58,017 bases of DNA from a virus (IMGVR_UViG_3300028025_000563:1-58017); one strand, 5' to 3'. Counted from the first letter of the stretch, positions 26,349 to 37,310 are shown. Made by a program: numbers and translations. Notes: generated from the sequence alone by a model not told the origin.

Positions 26349-27328
26349 TATGCGTCCTTCACCATGTTGTGTAGAGCTAAATGTTCTAATCCATCAGGAA
26401 CTTTACCGCCCTTCTTACCTAGTAAACCAGCCTTGCTTGCACCCAATGCAGCCAATCCTAATCCTGCTACTTGACCCATACCTGATGGAGCTGCTGCTGT
26501 GTACTGCTGTTGTGTCTGTTGACCTAATGGCGCACCACGCAACATGTCTGACATAAACGCCAACTGTTGTTGTGGGTATGCCTTCTGCGTCATAAAGTCT
26601 TGATACTTCTGCTGCAATTGAGCTTGTTGCAATGCTTGTTGTTGCGCACCCGCAGTAGCTTGAGCATTGATGATATCTTTCTGCTGACCAAACTGTGTCT
26701 GACCTAACTGACCAAGAGTACCTGCTGTCTGCGCTGCACCCTGCGCGCCCTGTAGTCCAAGTGTTGCACCAAACTGTTGTGCTTGACGAGCCTGATCATA
26801 AGCAGTCTGCATACCTCTGCCATATATATCGCCAAGCTGAGTTTGTAAATTACGTTGACGCTCTGCTTCTACGATAGCTGAACGCGAACCACCGAACGCA
26901 CCTTGTTGCACAGCTCTAGCTTGATCCATCTGACCTTGTATGGCAGACTGACGAGCAACTTCACGCATTTGTGGTGCTAACGCATTCTCCATATACGGAG
27001 ACATATACGCACCCATCGCATAAGGATTGGTTGCTTGCATTGCGTACTGCTGACCTGCACCAAGCTGACCAAGTCCGGCAATACCTGCCATCTGCGTACC
27101 TATTCCTAATTGTTGTGAAGGACCAAGATTGGCAGCTGCTTGTTGCGCTTGTTGTTGCATAGGCGTAAACCCAGCAATACGTTCACCACCGTAAGCTTGA
27201 TAAGGGGCTTCACTAAAAGCCTCTGCTTTACCAAGCATTCTTTCTACATATGGTTGTGCGTACTCAGGTATGGAAGTCTGAGTTACGGTTTGACTTGATG
27301 GTGGTGGAGGAGCTGATGAGCCGCACAT
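26348..27328 (-). CDS. internal virion (pilot-like) protein
   Basis: MCGSS start, Gln/Gly/Ala-rich, GAFGGSR motif. Confidence 0.65.
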   Translation of the reverse strand: MCGSSAPPPPSSQTVTQTSIPEYAQPYVERMLGKAEAFSEAPYQAYGGERIAGFTPMQQQAQQAAANLGPSQQLGIGTQMAGIAGLGQLGAGQQYAMQATNPYAMGAYMSPYMENALAPQMREVARQSAIQGQMDQARAVQQGAFGGSRSAIVEAERQRNLQTQLGDIYGRGMQTAYDQARQAQQFGATLGLQGAQGAAQTAGTLGQLGQTQFGQQKDIINAQATAGAQQQALQQAQLQQKYQDFMTQKAYPQQQLAFMSDMLRGAPLGQQTQQQYTAAAPSGMGQVAGLGLAALGASKAGLLGKKGGKVPDGLEHLALHNMVKDA

Positions 27329-27336
27329 AATTTACC

Positions 27337-27798
27337 TCAAAATGTATATATCATTTGCGTTGCTGCTTCTTTGAAACCCATTCGGCCCCATAGTTTAGCT
27401 ACACGCAGGTCTGTCATAGCGGAGACTATTACTCGTTTCACTCCGCGCTCTTTCAATTCTTCAAGAATAACTTTTACTAGCTTCTTACCTACACCATTAC
27501 GGTGGTCTTTCAATACAAAGATAGTGTCTTCTTGCGCTATCAAGTCACCGTTGTGCATGTCATTGGTTAAGTAGACATTACTGTATCCAACAGGCTGACC
27601 ATCTAGCCTAATTAAAAATGTTAGCAGCCAACCACTCTCTCCTGACTCTATATACTTATCCAGCCTTGGGTTATAGGGAGGATACTGTATTCCATCTTTT
27701 GCCAATCGCTCGCACATCTCAAAATAGTGCTGACGATATAACGGCTCCAGTTCGTCGTATGTTTCCTTAAACTTACCTAAGTGGAATGTATAGCTCAT
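27337..27798 (-). CDS. GNAT-family acetyltransferase
   Basis: IFVLKDHRNGVGKKL acetyl-CoA motif; LWGRMGF. Confidence 0.8.
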   Translation of the reverse strand: MSYTFHLGKFKETYDELEPLYRQHYFEMCERLAKDGIQYPPYNPRLDKYIESGESGWLLTFLIRLDGQPVGYSNVYLTNDMHNGDLIAQEDTIFVLKDHRNGVGKKLVKVILEELKERGVKRVIVSAMTDLRVAKLWGRMGFKEAATQMIYTF

Positions 27799-29873
27799 GC
27801 TGGCAATAGTTTGTCTGCTTTCGTATTAACTGCAACCTTGTCCTTACCTACCGTTTTACGACGGGCTTTCTGAACACGATCCATCATTGCGTAGAGCTTT
27901 CTTGCTCCCGCCTCCGTGCTTCCGTTACCGATTTCCGATACGATTCTAGCGGGTACCACAAACTCTCCGTCAGCCAAGCGAGCAGGCTGGCGATCACCAA
28001 TAGAAGCAGGAATAGAATCAGATACGCCATCGCCGGGTCCTCTCAGTAAACGACCACCATCGGAGTAACTACCTAAACTGTAACCACCATTTGCTGTACC
28101 ACCTTCAGCATACCCTTGCGCCTGCAAGTTAGAACCCTTCATTGCTAACTGTTGCTCCATCATTGGATAGAAAGCTTCAAGTCCTAACTGCTGATTTACA
28201 TTTTGTTGTGGTTGCAACTGTATGTTAGGAACCATAGATGTATCTGATGATGCAATTCCTGTTGGTATGTATGGTGTGACTGTACCGCCAGATGTAGATC
28301 CTACAGTTGGCTCATTAGATGCTGGTCTATTTAACAATTGGTTCATCGGAGTTTTTGTCAGCAAAGACATTATCCCTACCGTTGTGCCTAAAAATGGATT
28401 AACACCTTTTCCATATAATCTTTCAAAGTCATTGCCTGAAGATGGTGCAGAATTCATTGTGTACTTCATAGTCGCAGGATCGTATGAGTATTTAGCATTT
28501 GAACTTGGTGCGCTTGCACTTGCAGTTGCAGTACCACCACCAGCCATACGCATTTCACCACTATACGTATTTACACCAGTATCACCAGATGGACTAATCA
28601 CATTAGTCGGTACAGGGCGTGCAATCATAGGGTTAGCATACATAGGCGTTTGCAAATTAGCCATAGGATAACCAGTATTAGCGCCCATAGCATTAGCTGC
28701 TGACATCTCTTCTACCTGACCACCTACTGCCAACGACAACAAGCCACCGTCTTTAACTTTGTATACATCTTGTGCTATGAATCTTGGCTCTACAAAGTAT
28801 CTACTTTCGGCAGTCGATGTATTTGCATATGCGTTTGGATCTTGCTCTGTTGAGAACTCATAAGGTCGGATATAACCACTACCTTTAGCGGCAGCAGCAG
28901 CTCTTGCTTTTTCGGCAGCCTCTTCCTGTTGTGCTTGAAGTGCGCTTATACCAGTTGCGGCCAAACCGTAACCAGTACCTTTTGGTGTTGCGTCCCATAC
29001 TTCTTTAGCACCTTCCCAACTACCAGTTGCCTTCTTAAACCCTGCGCCAACATTATCGAAAGTGCTTGGCATATTGGAAGTTATACCTGCTTTTTGTTGC
29101 GCTGCAATAGACTCGGCAGTTGCTTTATCTAATGCGCTTTGACGAATAGAAGCGCCCTCTATTCCGCTTGGTGCTTGCCCAGTAAACACGCTTTGTGGTG
29201 GCGGGGTTACTTTAGGTATAAGGGCTGAAGCATCTACTGCGGGTGGGGCTACTGGAGGAGCCACTAAATTACCCATGCTTCCTGTTGGCGCAAACTGCTG
29301 TGTATAACTAGATGCGTTTACTGCTGTGTTCGCAAAAGGTGATGCAGGACTTAATGGTTGTAATGCATTAGTTACTGGATTTACTGGGCCTACTGCGGTT
29401 GTTGCTGCAATGTCTGTTGCCGATTTAGTTGCTTGTTCTGCCGCCAACTTACCAGCATCAGTACCCATCCATGTCCCATAACTTGCGCCTGATCCAGTAG
29501 TAGGAGCTGCCGCACCAGCGGTAGATAATCCTTGACCCAAGCCAGCTCCACCATAAGCGCCCAAGCCCATCATAAAGCCTTTGCCTAGACTGCCTGTTGC
29601 CGCTGTACCCAAAGCACCTACAGCTACTGCTGACTGCATAGCGGTCAATCCTAAACCTGCTGGTCCAAGGAAGAATCCAGCTACCATAGGCAAAAGTGAG
29701 GAAAGAATACCTGCTTCAGGAAGACCAGTCTGTGGGTTGATAGTCAGTGAACCACCTTGTGACATAGCTAGAGACTGAAGCCCCTGAACCTCGCCCGGTG
29801 TCATATGTACGAGGACCTTGTCATTTCCTCGACCAGCACTCTGTAAATGGTTTGCTAATGTATGGAGGCTCAT
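27795..29873 (-). CDS. internal virion protein
   Basis: HMTPGEV...TINPQTGLPEA N-terminus; GPGDGVSDSIPA...LADGEFVVPA C-terminus. Confidence 0.7.
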   Translation of the reverse strand: MSLHTLANHLQSAGRGNDKVLVHMTPGEVQGLQSLAMSQGGSLTINPQTGLPEAGILSSLLPMVAGFFLGPAGLGLTAMQSAVAVGALGTAATGSLGKGFMMGLGAYGGAGLGQGLSTAGAAAPTTGSGASYGTWMGTDAGKLAAEQATKSATDIAATTAVGPVNPVTNALQPLSPASPFANTAVNASSYTQQFAPTGSMGNLVAPPVAPPAVDASALIPKVTPPPQSVFTGQAPSGIEGASIRQSALDKATAESIAAQQKAGITSNMPSTFDNVGAGFKKATGSWEGAKEVWDATPKGTGYGLAATGISALQAQQEEAAEKARAAAAAKGSGYIRPYEFSTEQDPNAYANTSTAESRYFVEPRFIAQDVYKVKDGGLLSLAVGGQVEEMSAANAMGANTGYPMANLQTPMYANPMIARPVPTNVISPSGDTGVNTYSGEMRMAGGGTATASASAPSSNAKYSYDPATMKYTMNSAPSSGNDFERLYGKGVNPFLGTTVGIMSLLTKTPMNQLLNRPASNEPTVGSTSGGTVTPYIPTGIASSDTSMVPNIQLQPQQNVNQQLGLEAFYPMMEQQLAMKGSNLQAQGYAEGGTANGGYSLGSYSDGGRLLRGPGDGVSDSIPASIGDRQPARLADGEFVVPARIVSEIGNGSTEAGARKLYAMMDRVQKARRKTVGKDKVAVNTKADKLLPA

Positions 29874-29912
29874 CGCTACCTCATTCCTAAAAATTTGTCA
29901 AAGTTTAACATC

Positions 29913-30587
29913 TTATACAGCAGACACAAAGGTCATTGTCGCTACTAAAGACGACGTTGATGGTCTAGTTGGACTTGTGCCAACGGGGTAAGCCTGTATG
30001 GATATTGCCGTGTTAGTGTTAGACCACCACAATTCAATATAGTCATTGGCGGCTAAGTTAAATAAGAAATTCCACCCATAAATACCATGCCCGTCTGTAC
30101 CGCCGTGTTTATTAGGTATAGAAATAAATCCTGTCGAACCAATAACATCTGAGCCATTTTTACGTATCCAAATGCTTGCATCGTGTAACTGTGTGTCCGT
30201 ATTTACAAACTGCCCAGACCATTGGAAGTTATAGATACCAGCATTAGTCACAGTAAATCTAGAAGCCAGACCACCACTTGTCACAATACTAACGCCATTA
30301 GCAAAGTCAGTTGTATTAAACGTCATTACCGTAGCAGTATTAGCAAGGGCAGTTTGATCCGTTGTATCTGCAAATGATCCGTATGGTAAATATAACCCAG
30401 CACCCGAACCGCCTGCACTTAAAGTTAACAGTGAAACAAAGTTGTCTAGCGTATTAAAGTACTGACGCAGAATGTTATTAAACGTATCTTGGTACTGCCT
30501 GTCATATTCAACAGGCGCAAACGGTAGCGCCGGAGCCTTAGTCTGGGTTAATTCACTCGACTCTGTAACAACAATACTAGTCGTCAT
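29913..30587 (-). CDS. virion protein with C1q/TNF-like beta domain
   Basis: N-terminal LPFAPVEYD helix; FTVTNAGIYNF...DYIELWW jelly-roll pattern. Confidence 0.6.
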   Translation of the reverse strand: MTTSIVVTESSELTQTKAPALPFAPVEYDRQYQDTFNNILRQYFNTLDNFVSLLTLSAGGSGAGLYLPYGSFADTTDQTALANTATVMTFNTTDFANGVSIVTSGGLASRFTVTNAGIYNFQWSGQFVNTDTQLHDASIWIRKNGSDVIGSTGFISIPNKHGGTDGHGIYGWNFLFNLAANDYIELWWSNTNTAISIQAYPVGTSPTRPSTSSLVATMTFVSAV

Positions 30588-32518
30588 CTTCTGCCGTCTT
30601 TTCTAACATCTAAACGTGGCGTACCTAATTGCCACTGTGTACCCAGCGTATCTGATTCAATCCTAAATGCCAACTGTCTACCACGCACCCTTGTATACAC
30701 AATCTGCGTAAACTGCTGCACGTTATAAGTTTGAACCGTACCGTAGTTCTGAGCTGATCTTACCAGTGGTGATGGCGCTACGTTATATGGTGCGCCCGGA
30801 TTCTGTTTAGGACGCATCGTAAAATTCACACGCGGATTCTCAGGTGGCGCAGTATTTGAGCCATCAAATGTGATATCGGGAATCATTCTCCACACAAACC
30901 CGTAGTTGTGACCATCATCAATATCAAAGTCGGATGACTGGATATAACAATCAATAGGGCTAGGTGGGTTAGTTTCGCCGTTATCTACAAGCGCTTCGTG
31001 GTAAACAATAATATTGTTTGGTGTCGCTGCCTGTGGGAATGGTCGTAATGGGCTGTCTAGCCAAGCAGTACGTTCTAACGAGCCGTAGTACCACACGCGA
31101 TCTAGGTAATTAAAGATAACGTAACGGTCAATCGTTGTGGAGTTAGCAGAGCAGTAGTACCACCATATCTCACTAAAACCTTCGTTGGTCCCAGCAAAAC
31201 ATTGGAAGAACTGGTCTCTGTTGATGTCGTTATAAATGTATGTACGAACCGCGCATGGCAATGTTTCCACACGACCTGAATACACATAGAACTTATCCAC
31301 ACCCATCCAGTACACAACGCCGTTAGCCGTAGCCATTGCATTTGGAGAGACAACTGAAATATTGTCTGCTAGTAAGGTAAAGCCATAAACATTAGGTGGT
31401 CCTAAATACTGCATGGAATAAATAGCAGCATCAGTCCACACCACAATCTCTTGACGAGTTTGTAGCGCACCAATAATTGTTGAGCCGTGAGATAGTCTGT
31501 AACTACCTGCCTGATTAATTGCAGATGGTGTCCAATCCGTATAGCTCTCTTGTGCTGTCCATCTAATTAGTAATGGATCAAGTGCTGTTGTTCCATACGC
31601 ACCATAATCATTACAACCAAAACAGATAACAATACGTGATGTATCAGACACCATGACCTGATTAATAAAAGCAGGCACATCCGTACCAGAAACCAACACA
31701 CCTCTTGTGCCAAATGCAGGTGTAGCGCCACTGCCTGGCTGCCATAGATATAACGCACTACCACGCGGCGAGAATAGTAAATCCTCACCAAAGTTCTCTT
31801 GGCTCCATAGTCTTAACTGCTCACCAAAGCCAGTGGTGTAGCCAGAACCCCAAGTACCACGAGACCAAGGACCAGTACCCCAGCCAGTGCTGACTGTAAA
31901 AGCATCAAAGCCTGTTTGTATTTGATATTCAGAGTCTGTAGCAGAGCCACCATTACCTACGTCAGAAGCGTTTGATAATACAGCAGCACCGGGAGAGCCA
32001 ATAGGGGAAACAACACGAGCTTCAATGGTATAAACCGTACCAGATACAATTCCAGAGATTTGATATTCTTGATTTAAAACAGCAGCAGTAATGTTGCCGC
32101 CTAAACTTACGGCATTAGAGAACGTAACAAAGTCTCCAACTTGTAAGCTATTAGCACCTGAATCCGTTACAGTAATCGTAGAAGAAAAAGGTGCCGTAGT
32201 AACAGCAGCAAACGTCGTGCTGTTTAAATTGGTTTCACGGATTGGTGTAATATCGTAATACGTGCCGCCGTCTTCTACATAGAACTTTAAGTTAGTGCCA
32301 ACACCTAGCAAATTAAACTGTTTGAGTGTTATCCAATTCCACATGGAACGGCAAATGCCTAAGAACGTGTTGTAAGACAGTGCTGCCCAACCACCTATCT
32401 TCTCAGGATAGCCAGAACGAAATCGAACTTTGTCGCAGTCAAACCAACCACCTTCGTTGGCTAAAGAAGTACCCTCACGATTAACGCCCGGACGAAACTG
32501 TAACTTCTGTAATGGCAT
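30584..32518 (-). CDS. tail nozzle / tubular protein B-like (beta-propeller)
   Basis: 644 aa; GWFDCDKVRFR..PEKIGGW start, RVRGRQ end; position. Confidence 0.7.
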   Translation of the reverse strand: MPLQKLQFRPGVNREGTSLANEGGWFDCDKVRFRSGYPEKIGGWAALSYNTFLGICRSMWNWITLKQFNLLGVGTNLKFYVEDGGTYYDITPIRETNLNSTTFAAVTTAPFSSTITVTDSGANSLQVGDFVTFSNAVSLGGNITAAVLNQEYQISGIVSGTVYTIEARVVSPIGSPGAAVLSNASDVGNGGSATDSEYQIQTGFDAFTVSTGWGTGPWSRGTWGSGYTTGFGEQLRLWSQENFGEDLLFSPRGSALYLWQPGSGATPAFGTRGVLVSGTDVPAFINQVMVSDTSRIVICFGCNDYGAYGTTALDPLLIRWTAQESYTDWTPSAINQAGSYRLSHGSTIIGALQTRQEIVVWTDAAIYSMQYLGPPNVYGFTLLADNISVVSPNAMATANGVVYWMGVDKFYVYSGRVETLPCAVRTYIYNDINRDQFFQCFAGTNEGFSEIWWYYCSANSTTIDRYVIFNYLDRVWYYGSLERTAWLDSPLRPFPQAATPNNIIVYHEALVDNGETNPPSPIDCYIQSSDFDIDDGHNYGFVWRMIPDITFDGSNTAPPENPRVNFTMRPKQNPGAPYNVAPSPLVRSAQNYGTVQTYNVQQFTQIVYTRVRGRQLAFRIESDTLGTQWQLGTPRLDVRKDGRR

Positions 32519-32527
32519 GTTTGCCTC

Positions 32528-33601
32528 TTACGCTTTGATGATGAAGTAAATACCGATATAAGGCGGTAAGTTTGCATTTGTTCCGCTTGAACCAGTCGTA
32601 CTATTCGATACGCTAATACCTGTAGTTATTGAGCTTGTTGCATTTCTTGTATCTCCGGGACTAGAATTCATCGCGGCTAATGGACCAGATGAAAAGTTTC
32701 CATTAACTCCACCCATAGTATGGAAATGCCCCGGATCAGTAACCGTCGCAGTATGCGTGTGGCTTACAACAATTGCGTTTGCAGAACCGCCCGTAGACGC
32801 AGCGACATAAGTTGTACCAGCACCTATAGGCATACGGTCACGATAATCAGGCAAGTTAAACGTAGTAGTGGTATCGCCTGCACCAAATGTTATGCCCACT
32901 ACAGCAAACAAACCTGCATATGTAGTACGTGATACCGCTGCACCATTACATAATAAATAGCCAGATGGTGCTGTCGCTGTAGGCCACATAGATAAAGTAC
33001 CCGTAGGAACCGCTGCACCTGCCGCCGCGCTTACAAAAGCCGTTGTTGCAAGCTGCGTTGTGTTTGTGCCTGCTGCCGCAGTTGGACCAGTTGGAATTCC
33101 AGTAAATGCAGTAGTCCCTGTTACAGCAAGATTGCCTGTAATAGTTTCATTTCCACCTATGGTTAAGTTGCCCGATACGTAGTCAAGTTGGTCAACAATG
33201 TTTGTACCATCACATCTAATAATTACTGTTCTGCCCGCAGGGATAGGCACACCAGTACCAGCCGCAGTTGTATTGCCAGCCACAGTACTTGCATACACCG
33301 TTGCGGTATAGATACTTGAATTCTTAACTACGTACAGTTTAGTTACAGGTGGTACATACGCTGCAAAAGCTGCTGTTGTAGTAGTCGTTAAGTTAAACGC
33401 CGCACATCGCGCTTGGTCTGCTGCACCGTCTTGTACAGTTAAGGCTTGAGCCGCTGATGTAATAGAAACATTAGCCAACCCAGCGATAGCGTCCTCGATG
33501 AGTGTGCCTAAGTTTGTATTAGTGATAGTCCCCCACGTACCGGAGTTTCCTCCGTTGGCCATAAGCTCAATACGTAGATCGGGTGAGAAGGTACTAGGCA
33601 T
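32528..33601 (-). CDS. tail fibre/collar domain protein
   Basis: VPTGTLSMW...GYLLCNGAAVSRTTYAGLF...FNLPDYR collar motif; NLPPY..YFIIK end. Confidence 0.8.
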   Translation of the reverse strand: MPSTFSPDLRIELMANGGNSGTWGTITNTNLGTLIEDAIAGLANVSITSAAQALTVQDGAADQARCAAFNLTTTTTAAFAAYVPPVTKLYVVKNSSIYTATVYASTVAGNTTAAGTGVPIPAGRTVIIRCDGTNIVDQLDYVSGNLTIGGNETITGNLAVTGTTAFTGIPTGPTAAAGTNTTQLATTAFVSAAAGAAVPTGTLSMWPTATAPSGYLLCNGAAVSRTTYAGLFAVVGITFGAGDTTTTFNLPDYRDRMPIGAGTTYVAASTGGSANAIVVSHTHTATVTDPGHFHTMGGVNGNFSSGPLAAMNSSPGDTRNATSSITTGISVSNSTTGSSGTNANLPPYIGIYFIIKA

Positions 33602-33603
33602 AA

Positions 33604-34107
33604 TTAATCCTTAGATAAATACGTAGCTCGTTCGTCTTTTCGACGGTTTACAAGCCCTTTAAATTCCTTGCCAGATGCAAATCTATATAGCATAAATGCC
33701 TCCGCAGCGCCATCGAAATCGCCCCGATTGTGCTTCATCCGCATACTGGATTTTTGCAGCGCACCTAACCCAGCATTAAACGAAAAAGAGCAGAGTGCGT
33801 CAAAGCGCCCTTGAGTAAGATTAGCGGGACAAAGACGTAGTACGCCTCGCTCAAACCTAAGTAAGTCTGTTTGCAAAATGCTATCAACTTCCTCGTCCGA
33901 TAATGTGCGATCCCACTCTTTTGGGCATGAGTAAAATCCAGTAGCTTTGGCATGTTTACGCTCCTCTAAAGTCATGGCTAGATGTGCTGGCGGGGCTATT
34001 AAATGACCAACGCCAGTCGTCCAAAGGAGAACAACGTCCAAATAGGGCTTCTTCCTGACACCCTCGTGGTGGCGCAGCATCTGCCTAGCTTTGTCGGACA
34101 TTCTCAT
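33604..34107 (-). CDS. endolysin, GH24 lysozyme
   Basis: HEGVR..PY.D...WTTGVGH, FDALCSFSFNAG, GLVNRR..E. Confidence 0.92.
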   Translation of the reverse strand: MRMSDKARQMLRHHEGVRKKPYLDVVLLWTTGVGHLIAPPAHLAMTLEERKHAKATGFYSCPKEWDRTLSDEEVDSILQTDLLRFERGVLRLCPANLTQGRFDALCSFSFNAGLGALQKSSMRMKHNRGDFDGAAEAFMLYRFASGKEFKGLVNRRKDERATYLSKD

Positions 34108-34589
34108 TTTTTACTAAACGCCTGAGTGCCGAACCAAAACGCGATAATGGAAGCTAGAATCTGCATCTCATCAGCATCAAATACTTCTTTGATTGCTTCC
34201 ATAAATGGTACACCTGTAGACCACGCCCACCAGATACTTGCCATATCAACGGCAATCAATAATCCTACAAATAGATACGTTACTACCGGACGAACCGATG
34301 CGCGAAGGTTGATTACCCACTGTGATGCACCCTGACCGATTGCTATGTCATGTGCATACATTGCCTGACGTTCAGCGGAGGTAGCCTCGATCTGTAGATG
34401 CTGCGTGTGGATTTCCTCGATGCGCTCTTGAGACTGTAATCCAGCAGCCTGTAGTCTAAGCTGGGACTCAATCTGTAACTGAGCTAACTCTAGTTCGTGC
34501 TTCTTGTCAGATTTATCCTGAAAGAAGTCTAGCAACTTTGGTAAACCGCCCATCAGGAAAGATAGCGCGGTGGAGATTAGTGTCATCAT
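34104..34589 (-). CDS. holin (GTA 3TM-like)
   Basis: SQWVINLRASVRPVVTY...IIAFWFG; next to endolysin. Confidence 0.75.
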   Translation of the reverse strand: MMTLISTALSFLMGGLPKLLDFFQDKSDKKHELELAQLQIESQLRLQAAGLQSQERIEEIHTQHLQIEATSAERQAMYAHDIAIGQGASQWVINLRASVRPVVTYLFVGLLIAVDMASIWWAWSTGVPFMEAIKEVFDADEMQILASIIAFWFGTQAFSKK

Positions 34590-34852
34590 TTTTTACCTCT
34601 TTCTTCTATAAGTTTGATACGTACTTGTAGGTCGTGGATGTCGTGATAAATTGCTTCTTTCATTGCATGGCGACGCTCGGCAGATAGCGGAGAATCAGTA
34701 GGGATACCTTGTTCAGTAATCAAAGCTGGCATTTGCCCTTCTATCTTTACTAGGCGCTCATTGAAAGAACCAACTTGATTGAGTAACCAGATAATTGCTG
34801 ACACCAGCATTGGCACTAATGCCTTTAATATATCTTCCATCTTAAAGTTCAT
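34586..34852 (-). CDS. membrane protein, lysis module
   Basis: N-terminal TM helix plus coiled coil. Confidence 0.65.
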   Translation of the reverse strand: MNFKMEDILKALVPMLVSAIIWLLNQVGSFNERLVKIEGQMPALITEQGIPTDSPLSAERRHAMKEAIYHDIHDLQVRIKLIEERGKK

Positions 34853-35469
34853 TGCGTACCCTGTTTAAACATCCAATTAATAAACCATGCGAATCCTGCG
34901 ATGATTAGCGTAATTACAAAACCACCTACGCAGTTATAAATAATATTTAGTGTCTTGGCTCTAGCTCGCTTCTTGCGCATCTTCTCTGCAACTATTGCCA
35001 GCCTTGCTTCTGTTGCCGCTTTCCTAGCAGCTTCTGCTTTCTCTTCACGCTCTTTGCGTAGTCGGCTTAACCTATCCCAGAACTCATCCCACATCCCACT
35101 CTCATCGAAGTGGTAAATCATGATGTGCTTGATCTGGGCGTAATACTGTTTAATCTCCCGATCCATCGCCATCATTTCCATCACGTACTCAGCGTCTGAG
35201 ATTGGGTCTGCTACTGGCTCACCGGCAGCTATTGCTTGGTCTTGCGCTTTCTTAGCTTCTTCTAAATTGTTTCTACCTAACTCATACCTACTTGCCGCCG
35301 AGAAAAACTTTTTCACTGGTGAAAGTGATTCGCCTAGTTTCTTCCCCGACTCTATACATTCCTGAACACTATCTACTGCTTCTTTCGCCTCATCGGCTGC
35401 GGATTTTATGCCGTTTATAACTAACTTAATACCTGAAACGGCTAACCCTATGGTCATCGGGTCGATCAT
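34849..35469 (-). CDS. coiled-coil membrane protein
   Basis: MIDPMTIG start, C-terminal TM helix. Confidence 0.7.
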   Translation of the reverse strand: MIDPMTIGLAVSGIKLVINGIKSAADEAKEAVDSVQECIESGKKLGESLSPVKKFFSAASRYELGRNNLEEAKKAQDQAIAAGEPVADPISDAEYVMEMMAMDREIKQYYAQIKHIMIYHFDESGMWDEFWDRLSRLRKEREEKAEAARKAATEARLAIVAEKMRKKRARAKTLNIIYNCVGGFVITLIIAGFAWFINWMFKQGTQ

Positions 35470-35480
35470 GATTCATCTTT

Positions 35481-36050
35481 CTATGATTCATAAAGTATAT
35501 TTATAGTCCCAGCGTCAAATGCGTCTGTGCCGTTTGTACTTGTAATGCGAACTCGGTCTAATGTACTAGCAAGAGCTATAGCCCCACCTAATGTCCCAGC
35601 ATATGGAATACCATTAAGGCCATAAGCCCCGCTAATCACCCAAGTATTGCCAGATAGTAGTAAAAATTGTACAGCCCCAGATGTAATATTTGCGGTATTG
35701 CCGCCATATAATTGAACCCCATTTGAAAAGGTTACGGCTTGAGTACCTACAGCATTACCGGATAGCGCCATACCCCCGGCATAACCTGTGGTTGTAACCC
35801 CGGAAGAGGTGCCTAACTGCACCAAAATAAGTGCTGACCCATTAAGAGAAACGCTATTAAACATTACAGTAATACGCTTAACCGTAGATGGTAGTCCTGT
35901 AAAATCAACGCTAGTACCAGATGCAGAAACAGCAGTACCTGATGTAATTCCACCTGCGCTAGACCATGAACCATCGCCACGTAAAAAAGTAGTTGAGCTT
36001 GGTGTACCAGTAGCTTCTATTAATCCTGTTTGTACTTTAGTTAATGGCAT
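35481..36050 (-). CDS. tail fibre tip / receptor-binding module
   Basis: ATGTPSSTTFLRGDGSW anchor plus beta-rich domain ending FDAGTINILYE. Confidence 0.7.
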   Translation of the reverse strand: MPLTKVQTGLIEATGTPSSTTFLRGDGSWSSAGGITSGTAVSASGTSVDFTGLPSTVKRITVMFNSVSLNGSALILVQLGTSSGVTTTGYAGGMALSGNAVGTQAVTFSNGVQLYGGNTANITSGAVQFLLLSGNTWVISGAYGLNGIPYAGTLGGAIALASTLDRVRITSTNGTDAFDAGTINILYES

Positions 36051-36062
36051 GATCTATTCCTG

Positions 36063-37310
36063 TTAAGCTGTGTATGAACCAGATGATGTAAACGTAAGAA
36101 TGGTGTTTAAACCAGACACTGTTACGGATGGAGACCCTGTTACTACGCCAGTATAGCTAGATGTAGGTACCGCAACTATTACTGCTCCAGACCCACCAGC
36201 ACCACCGTTATTAGTAAAGCCACCGCCACCTCCACCGCCTGTGTTAACAGTTCCGTTAGCACCATTACCTGTTCCGGCTACGCCGTTTCCGCCACCACCT
36301 GAACCACCAGTACCGCCAGTACCACCAGTATTTCTACAGCTACCACCGCCACCGCCAGCGTAATAAACAGATGAACCTGTAATGGTTGATAAATATCCAA
36401 TACCGCCATTACCACCATTATTTGTAGCGGCAGCACCAACTGCTCCACCGCCTCCTCCACCACCACCTGCACCTGTTGTTGTACTAGATGTAGACGTACT
36501 TACGCCACCACCAAAACCTTGACCTGCTGTACCTGATCCGCCAGCAATGCCTGTACCACCACCACCACCGCCAGAGCCTCCGCTATTACCAGCATATCTG
36601 CCTGCTAAGTTTGTACCACCATATCCACCACCAATAGCAGTAGCGCCAAAACCTGTTGAATCAGTACCATTAACAGCTTGCGCTCCACCATTTATTTGGC
36701 CTGCGCCACCTGCGCCAACAACAAAAGAATATGTTGTACCTACAGTTAATGACGCAGTATTAGCTACATATCCACCGCCGCCACCACCTCCACCATAAGC
36801 TGCTGCTCCGCCACCACCTGCACCGCCACCACCGGCAATAACTAAATAAGCTGCTGAATAAGTTTTTGATTGATTAAATTGATACCAATTTGCGCCGTCA
36901 TACCATTCGCAATAACCTGTTGTACTGTTGTAACGAAGTGATCCCGTAGTCGCAGATACGGGTCTTTGTGCTGTAGTACCTGAAGGAATATCAAAAAATC
37001 CAGTGCTTGTATTAGCTTGGTCAGATACCGCAGCAGGAGTTGATGCCCCGCCACCGCCAGCAATAGCTGGTAAGCCTAAATATAAAACGCCTATGTTGTT
37101 TGTACCTGTAGGAGGTGCAGGAGAAAATGTTAGTGTTACTCCAGATACGGTATATGTATTAGGGTTCTGCACCACGCCAGATATAGATACAATAATTGAA
37201 GTTGTACCGGCTGGCGCATACGACATCGTAAATGCAGTTGTTGATCCATTACCGCTGAACTGATCAAACGGAAAAGATGCTGTTGTTGGTTGTGCGCCTA
37301 TATATGACAT
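36063..37310 (-). CDS. glycine-rich tail fibre protein
   Basis: MSYIGAQP...FSGNGSTTAF anchor; YLVIAGGGG...GGSGAVIV Gly-rich domain. Confidence 0.8.
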   Translation of the reverse strand: MSYIGAQPTTASFPFDQFSGNGSTTAFTMSYAPAGTTSIIVSISGVVQNPNTYTVSGVTLTFSPAPPTGTNNIGVLYLGLPAIAGGGGASTPAAVSDQANTSTGFFDIPSGTTAQRPVSATTGSLRYNSTTGYCEWYDGANWYQFNQSKTYSAAYLVIAGGGGAGGGGAAAYGGGGGGGGYVANTASLTVGTTYSFVVGAGGAGQINGGAQAVNGTDSTGFGATAIGGGYGGTNLAGRYAGNSGGSGGGGGGTGIAGGSGTAGQGFGGGVSTSTSSTTTGAGGGGGGGGAVGAAATNNGGNGGIGYLSTITGSSVYYAGGGGGSCRNTGGTGGTGGSGGGGNGVAGTGNGANGTVNTGGGGGGGFTNNGGAGGSGAVIVAVPTSSYTGVVTGSPSVTVSGLNTILTFTSSGSYTA

